This document shows, in pieces, positions 58,166 to 64,000 of a DNA stretch of 64,000 nt (positions within the stretch are counted from its first letter, which is position 1; each line of letters opens with the position of its first letter). Position numbers and translations under genes: made by a program. The notes beneath the pieces were generated by a model. It was not told where the DNA came from, searched no databases, and saw nothing but the letters and a program-made list of their open reading frames with translations. The stretch is from Thermoproteota archaeon (GTDB lineage: Archaea > Korarchaeota > Korarchaeia > Korarchaeales > Korarchaeaceae). Location of the stretch: the NCBI GenBank assembly GCA_027491395.1, contig JAOZFI010000017.1, forward strand, positions 1 through 64,000, in the 5' to 3' direction.

Positions 58166-58681
58166 ATGATGATCGTGGCTCTCTTAGGAGGTAGGAGGGA
58201 TCTACTCTATAAACCGCTGGTCAACATGCTGGCCAGCTCCGGATACAGGGTCGCTGCGGCCGTTCAGCTGAGGAAGGTCGGACTCGCCAAGGACATGAGG
58301 GAGCTGGCTGAAGCAGGAGCCGGTCTGATAGTGGCACATTCAACCAACAGGGTGGTCCTATCGACGACGTACGTGCCAGACGCCTTGGATGAGATCAGCA
58401 AGATGGTGGGCTGCCTTGCACCTGTGGGTCCCGATGCCCTCATCCTACTCGGATTCCAGAAGTTGGTGCGAGACGATGAGAGGGTTCTAAAAGCCTTAGC
58501 TGTTTGGAGCGCCAAGGAAGCCGAGTCCCTACTTGCCGAGATCGCCCCTCCAGTAGTAGGAGTGTACTCCGAGAGAAGGGACTATCTTGGGGGGTACTCC
58601 ACACCGGATGAGCTGGCAAATGCTATAGTAGATGAGGGGATGAAAAGAAGACTAATCCAACCGAGAGTCAGGAAGGCCTGA
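58166..58681 (+). CDS. MobB-like protein with degenerate P-loop
   Basis: L...GYRVA, KD...L.EAGA, D.LIL.GF resemble MobB; GKT absent. Confidence 0.55.
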   Translation: MMIVALLGGRRDLLYKPLVNMLASSGYRVAAAVQLRKVGLAKDMRELAEAGAGLIVAHSTNRVVLSTTYVPDALDEISKMVGCLAPVGPDALILLGFQKLVRDDERVLKALAVWSAKEAESLLAEIAPPVVGVYSERRDYLGGYSTPDELANAIVDEGMKRRLIQPRVRKA

Positions 58682-58704
58682 GCACTGATCAGGGGACCTT
58701 CCTG

Positions 58705-58887
58705 ATGAGGAGGACTCATCTAGTCTTCGCAGCGTTCGTCCTCTACTGGATCTCCCTGCTACTCAGGTGGAGGTTGGATTCGATCTTATCCTCTGTATGT
58801 CTGATAGCATTTCTTTTCCCAAATCTTGATTATTATCTGAGGAGCCTTCCCCTAGTTGAGCACAGGAAGACCCTCCACAACGTCTAG
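58705..58887 (+). pseudogene. Truncated metal-dependent membrane hydrolase (YdjM-like) fragment
   Basis: TH..., FPNLD, HRKTLHN then stop after 60 aa. Confidence 0.6.
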
Positions 58888-58951
58888 GTCCTATCGATCA
58901 CGACGTACATGCTCCATCTGTATAGGCTCCCAGCTCCTTGATGATTGCGCG

Positions 58952-59389
58952 CTGCTTTATAATTCACTGACAAACCTCCTCGCCAGCTCCGGGTATAGGG
59001 TTACCACTGCTATCCAGCTGAGAAAAGTAAGCATGATAGAGGAAATGATAGAGCTGGTCGAGGCCGGAGCAGGACTGATCATGGCCCATTCCATCAACAA
59101 AACTCCACTCTCCACTACCTACATTCCGAACACTTTGGAAGAAGTAAAAAGGATCATAAGCTGCTTAACTCCTGTTGATCCCGATGCCTTAATCCTGCTG
59201 GGATTTCATAAACTCGTAAATGGAGAGGAGAAGTACTCAAGGCGCTCGCCGTGTGGAGCTTGAATGAGGCGAAATCGCTCCCATAAGAGCTCTCCTCTCC
59301 CATTATGGGGGTGTACTCAGACAGGAGGGATTATGAGAGGGGTACAAGTCTCCTGAGGAACTCGCGAGGGCTATCGTCTAGGAGGGGAT
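58952..59389 (+). pseudogene. Degenerate copy of the MobB-like gene
   Basis: LLY..L.NLLASSGYRV..AIQLRKV...EAGAGLI.AHS..DALILLGF matches 58166-58681; frameshift near 59229 and TAG near 59380. Confidence 0.85.
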
Positions 59390-59830
59390 GATACTTCCTA
59401 GGATCCTCAGATTCAGATCCTAACACCGGCAAAGTGGAGGCGTAGGGTATCATCTCTTATTCGCAGACTTTTCATGTAAGTTGTCGTCATTCGCCTAGGA
59501 GCGCCTATCTATTGGGCTCTCTTTTCTTTTATCTTGTTATATTACATCTCCCCAAAACTTACTAGATTACTATCTAGAGAAGTTTGCTTTAATTAAGCAT
59601 AGAAAGGATATTTAGAGCGTTTGGGCTTCGCTGCTGATCTCTCTTCTTTTAACATATAAGGCTCTGTTATACAGCGAATTACCGAGTACACTGGGCGTCT
59701 ATTGCTCGATCCCCTCACTAAGTAGAGAGATAAAGGACCCTAAGCTATGGGTTAGTGGATGTGAAATTTCTAATTAGAATTTCTTTACGGAACAAAAACT
59801 TTATAAAACATAAAGTAGTTATATTAGACG

Positions 59831-60205
59831 GTGATAGCGTTGTTACATGAAGGAAACCGTGGAATATCATTTATGTTAGTTGCCTTAATAGCCGTGTTAG
59901 TTATAGCTATTCCCTCTGTTACTCAAGTAAAGGCATCGCCGAATAGCTACGATTTTGAACCCGAGACCATCTACTCGTGCTTTACCGATCACAGGCTTTT
60001 ACCACCTGGAGGGGGAGATGTGGTCAGATATAGGATAGAGTATCCTTACTCAGAACTTGTTAGTGTTAGAGTTATCTACGCATCTCATGATGATTACTAT
60101 TGGGGATGGCGATGGGATCACCACTATCTTAGGATAGTCATAATAAATTACTCTGAAGCGCTTCCACTATACATAAAATGGAGAATTTGTGTGATATATC
60201 ACTGA
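59831..60205 (+). CDS. Hypothetical secreted protein
   Basis: Signal peptide ending VKA-S; PPGGG linker; Trp/Tyr-rich; AT-rich context. Confidence 0.6.
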   Translation: MIALLHEGNRGISFMLVALIAVLVIAIPSVTQVKASPNSYDFEPETIYSCFTDHRLLPPGGGDVVRYRIEYPYSELVSVRVIYASHDDYYWGWRWDHHYLRIVIINYSEALPLYIKWRICVIYH

Positions 60206-60226
60206 GACTAGATAGGGGATGTTTTC

Positions 60227-60955
60227 ATGAAGAGAAAATTGAGCCTATCAATTATGACTTCCCTTTTAGTGATACTTCTGCTTATTCTTTCACTGCTGAA
60301 TCCAGCATGGGTATTTGGAAAGGGATACCCATACCTGATATCCACCTATAAGATGAATGACATTGATTCAATCCTCAAAAAGCTCGAAAAATACGGGATA
60401 CCCTATACAACTCTCTTAAGAGTGAAGGGGTCCCTCCCCAGCGAGGTACTCATGGCCACGGACGAAGGTGCTTTTATTGAATCGCTCCTATCTGGGAGTG
60501 GGAATATCCAGTCCAAGGTCGATTTAGAGAATTTCCATCTGGCAGTGGATGTGTTAGGCATGGACAGAGCGACCATGGCTATGCTATTCGGATATAATTA
60601 CCTGCTCAGCAGCCCACAGGACTGTATAGTATCAAAACCGCTTTTCGAGGCCCTAAAAAAAGCTTATGGGAAGAAGATGGGAGATTGGATAGAGGTCGAT
60701 GTTTACACGGGAGTATCCCACCTGAATCTCTCATGCAGGATGATAAGCACATTCCCCGAGAAGAATCTCATGCTATCCTATATTGTAGCTATGGATAGGG
60801 GATATCTGGAGAGCGCGGTTTATCCACTCAAAGACTCTCATTGGTTTAATCAGTTTGCTGATGAGGTCATTCTAGTCTATGTGGACGGCGTCGACGAGCT
60901 AAGAGAGGTAGAAAAGGCAGTAGGATGCAGCGATTGCTTAGTACCGATAGGATGA
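60227..60955 (+). CDS. Hypothetical membrane-anchored protein
   Basis: MKRK plus hydrophobic helix; 242 aa. Confidence 0.65.
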   Translation: MKRKLSLSIMTSLLVILLLILSLLNPAWVFGKGYPYLISTYKMNDIDSILKKLEKYGIPYTTLLRVKGSLPSEVLMATDEGAFIESLLSGSGNIQSKVDLENFHLAVDVLGMDRATMAMLFGYNYLLSSPQDCIVSKPLFEALKKAYGKKMGDWIEVDVYTGVSHLNLSCRMISTFPEKNLMLSYIVAMDRGYLESAVYPLKDSHWFNQFADEVILVYVDGVDELREVEKAVGCSDCLVPIG

Positions 60956-61099
60956 ATGAGACACTCGCCTAAGCCCCCTCTCTTTGTCCATCTTTTGATC
61001 ATGAAAACTCCTTTGTGGAGCCACCTCGGACCTAGTTTGCTATGCTACACTTAGCGCGATTCCTAAGCTAAACCTTAAGTAGGAGAGGAGATCGAATGG

Positions 61100-61435
61100 G
61101 TGATCCAAATGCTGGAACTCTACTTGGAGGTGACCGAGGTCAGGAAGACTCCCTCTGGGATAGTCCTCTCCCTCAGCAGGCCTAGAGGCGTGGAGGAGGT
61201 CCCACCTCCGGAGAGCGAGGAGGAGGCTATGATGTTCCAGGTAGTCAGGGCCATGGAGAAGTACATGAAAATCCCCCTGCCCATGGGCCAAGTGCAGATG
61301 CCCACCGTTACAATAACCCTCACGATAGACGAGTACGAGACTCTCGGCAGACCTACCGTAGGAGATATGCTGAAGCTCACCATGAAGAAAGGGGAGGTCA
61401 GGACATTCTCCCCGGACAGCGGCATGGAGTACTGA
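61100..61435 (+). CDS. Arcadin-1-like protein
   Basis: P..T.TLT.DEYE.LG...VGD...L....G C-terminal pattern as recalled for Pyrobaculum arcadin-1. Confidence 0.6.
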   Translation: MIQMLELYLEVTEVRKTPSGIVLSLSRPRGVEEVPPPESEEEAMMFQVVRAMEKYMKIPLPMGQVQMPTVTITLTIDEYETLGRPTVGDMLKLTMKKGEVRTFSPDSGMEY

Positions 61436-61477
61436 TTAAAGGGAACTGTTTTAACGGATCACCGTCCAATCTAATCG

Positions 61478-61774
61478 ATGTCGATAGAGGAAGCTATAAC
61501 CGTAAGCAAGAAGGGTAAGAGGGAGATTAGGACAATCGTTTCTAGGGGGAGGTTCGCTCTGATAGAGTACAGGGATCCGATAACCAAGGAGAGAACGGAG
61601 GACAAGTACAAGCTTGTCCTCTACCACGACGACGGAAGAGTAGATGAGTACTTCATAATCCCAACTAGGACGCCACACCGTCAACTCCTGATAGAGCCCA
61701 AGGAGAAGAAGGGTATGAAGCTGAAGGTTTGGAACCCGAAGACGAATCAAATCGAGGACATGTTTCCCGAGTAA
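61478..61774 (+). CDS. Hypothetical archaeal protein
   Basis: 98-aa charged ORF with typical codon style. Confidence 0.65.
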   Translation: MSIEEAITVSKKGKREIRTIVSRGRFALIEYRDPITKERTEDKYKLVLYHDDGRVDEYFIIPTRTPHRQLLIEPKEKKGMKLKVWNPKTNQIEDMFPE

Positions 61775-61784
61775 AAATAGAGAA

Positions 61785-62216
61785 TTAGGAGGGAGCGAGC
61801 ACCTCCAGCAGCAACCAAGCAACGTCTATTATATCTCTCATCGTGATCATGCCGATAGGCTTGCCTTCCCCGTCCACCACCGGTAGGTGCTTAATGTCAG
61901 CATCTCTCATCTTCTTCATGGCATCGATCACCAGATCGCTGGGCGAGATGGTTATTGGATTCTCGGTCATGAGCATATGAATTGGAAGTCCCTTCCCCAC
62001 CTTGCCCTCAGCCACGGCGAACCTCAGATCCCTGTCGGTGAATATGCCCACAAGCTTACCGTCCTTATCCACGACCATCACGCTGCTGATCCTGTTGTCG
62101 TCCATCACCTTAGCGGCCTGCTCTATAGGGGTTTCCTTATCCACCGTTATGGGAGGGGTGCTCATCACATCCTCCACCCTCAGGGGGAGGTGCCTCTTTC
62201 TCCTCAAGAGCGGCAA
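61785..62216 (-). CDS. CBS-pair protein
   Basis: V.DVM, VGIFTDRD, HLPVVD, GMIT.RD. Confidence 0.93.
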   Translation of the reverse strand: MPLLRRKRHLPLRVEDVMSTPPITVDKETPIEQAAKVMDDNRISSVMVVDKDGKLVGIFTDRDLRFAVAEGKVGKGLPIHMLMTENPITISPSDLVIDAMKKMRDADIKHLPVVDGEGKPIGMITMRDIIDVAWLLLEVLAPS

Positions 62217-62279
62217 TATCCCACCTCCGCTAGAAATACTCTGTTCATAGCTAAAACCTTTTACAAGCGGGGGGAGCGC

Positions 62280-63323
62280 TCATGAGATGACCTCTCCCAC
62301 GTTATCGGGGATCCGGTAACCCCTCAGCTCAGAGGCCGACCTCCTCACATCTCCCGATTTGAGTCTGTGGAGGAACTCCTTTATAGAGGGTTTCTTGAAC
62401 GATTCTTTCCGTACGACGAAATCGTAACTCTCCCACATGACCCGCAGGAATCCCAAACCGAAAGATTCCGCCACCTCCCTTATGCCGAACCCAACGTCAG
62501 CCTCACCCTTGACTATTTTCTTCGCCACTCCCACGTGAGTTCTGACCTGAACATCGTATCCCTTCACTAACTTGGACGGGTCGGTCTCCTCGAGACCCAT
62601 CCTCCTCATCTCCATTATCAACATTCTATCTGCCAACAACCTAGTGGCTGATCCGGGAGACATGTTGATGTACCTTAACCCCCTCTCTATGATGTCGGAT
62701 ATGCACTCCAGTCCTGCATCCTCCCTGAACATTACCCCTAACTCCCTGTCGTACCCCCTAATTAATGCCACCGTTTTTGACAGCCAGAACCTGCCGATGA
62801 ACGGTTTGTTGAAGTCGCCGCTTTCGGGGTCGTAAAGGTGAACGGCCGCTATGTCTGCCTCACCCGTGATGAGTTTAGCTATTCCTCCGAGAGAACCGCT
62901 CCATGTGAGATCTATTTTATCCCTTAGGGTTTCCACGACCTTCTCCAACAGGGGATCATACCCTCCAGCTAAGGTGGACTCCTTCCTGGGTTCGGTCCTG
63001 CCTTCGGTCAGATTCTCCATGTAGAGGTCGAGGAGCTCCTTTCCTACATCTGTCAGGACGGCACCGCCACCCTTCGATCCCCCTCGCCTCACTGATATTA
63101 GCTTCTCCCCCAACAGTTCCTCTACCCTATTGATTTTGCTCCAGACCCAAGAATAGGATATACCTTGGGATCTAGCGGCAGCGAGAAGGGATCCCCTCCT
63201 CTCGACCTCTTCGAGTATCTTGACGAGTCTCGCATCCAAAATTACATGCCCTCTATATAGCAGCATCACATCTTTGCGAACCCTTATCTCCCTCAGCTTC
63301 TTTCTCAGTTCCGTTTCCATCAT
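62280..63323 (-). CDS. ModE-like HTH fused to a molybdate/tungstate PBP domain
   Basis: GSL.AAA...GISY..W, RGG..GGGA.LT, GSLGG, SATR, H..VA..I..G.ADVGFG. Confidence 0.88.
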   Translation of the reverse strand: MMETELRKKLREIRVRKDVMLLYRGHVILDARLVKILEEVERRGSLLAAARSQGISYSWVWSKINRVEELLGEKLISVRRGGSKGGGAVLTDVGKELLDLYMENLTEGRTEPRKESTLAGGYDPLLEKVVETLRDKIDLTWSGSLGGIAKLITGEADIAAVHLYDPESGDFNKPFIGRFWLSKTVALIRGYDRELGVMFREDAGLECISDIIERGLRYINMSPGSATRLLADRMLIMEMRRMGLEETDPSKLVKGYDVQVRTHVGVAKKIVKGEADVGFGIREVAESFGLGFLRVMWESYDFVVRKESFKKPSIKEFLHRLKSGDVRRSASELRGYRIPDNVGEVIS

Positions 63324-63424
63324 TATTCGGGACAGCCTACAGGGATTTCTAATAATTCTAGTGGTGAGGATAATGACACGCGTGAAACGCTATTCACGCT
63401 ACCAATAACCACGGGATCTCTAAG

Positions 63425-64000
63425 CTAGGGACGACTGCTCCTAGAATTCGTACGTTCGAGTCTATCTAGGAGATCCTCAAACCTCAGCACGGGAGGATCG
63501 GCGGGGAAGATCATCCTAGAAACTGAAGGGACCAGTGGAGGCCTTATCCCAATCTCACGAAGCTCTTCCACTCTCACCAGCAGGTCGGAAGCTAAGCCAC
63601 TCATGACCAGCTCGCCATTCTTCAGAATGTGGACTGTATCGGAGATCTCGGCGGCCATGTCGGAGTTCTGGGAACTGATTACTACGATTCTATTCCTCTC
63701 CTTGAAGAGCTTTATAAGCTCGAGGAGATGCTCCGTTCCTTCTGCATCGAGAGAAGACCAAGGTTCATCCAGAAGAAGGACCTCGGGATCGTGGGCGAGG
63801 AGCCCCGCTAAGATCACCTTGGCGGCCTGTCCCCTGCTCAATCTCAGTGGAGATTTTGACGCTAGGTCCTCTATCCCGAAGAACCGGAGGGCCTCCTCGA
63901 CCCTGCTCATCACCTCTCCCTCATCCAATCCAAGCTGCTTAGGCGCCAGAGCGACATCCTCCCATACAGTTGGAGCTAGGAGCTGATCTCTAGGATCTTG
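63425..64000 (-). CDS. ECF transporter ATPase (CbiO/EcfA), 5' end outside window
   Basis: QDPRDQLLAPTVW.DVA, LS.GQ, LLDEP, G.RPP. Confidence 0.85.
   Translation of the reverse strand, partial: QDPRDQLLAPTVWEDVALAPKQLGLDEGEVMSRVEEALRFFGIEDLASKSPLRLSRGQAAKVILAGLLAHDPEVLLLDEPWSSLDAEGTEHLLELIKLFKERNRIVVISSQNSDMAAEISDTVHILKNGELVMSGLASDLLVRVEELREIGIRPPLVPSVSRMIFPADPPVLRFEDLLDRLERTNSRSSRP

Overview
This is a gene-dense segment of a thermophilic archaeal chromosome. Rpo8, an arcadin-1-like gene and GGTGAT-type Shine-Dalgarno (SD) sites point to TACK, and Korarchaeia is my inference. Most of it is housekeeping: a nucleoside/sugar ABC transporter, the rpl7ae-rps28e-rpl24e-infB-rps6e-eif2g and rpo10-rps2-MEMO-fni clusters, rfcS/rfcL, cdc6, pyrH, taw1, ribK, deoC, thrBC, glyA, lhr, xpd, aroK/aroE/aroB-II, three tRNAs and one box C/D sRNA. 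The best candidate for an undescribed system is a coupled minus-strand operon at 5059-9659. It encodes a single-pass membrane protein ending in a 9-cysteine (CA)n tail, a PqqD/RRE-like radical SAM-SPASM enzyme, a sirtuin and a GNAT acetyltransferase. Other leads are a C/D guide matching tRNA-Leu(CAA) C34, probable non-AUG/GUG/UUG starts (cdc6 and an eIF2B-like gene), a TFB paralog coupled to a membrane-anchored HerA/VirB4-like ATPase, a core-MetE + RACo pair, a tandem palindromic operator, and small AT-rich islands with secreted proteins, an MNT-HEPN pair and pseudogenes. All family assignments come from motif recognition by eye; no database search was run.
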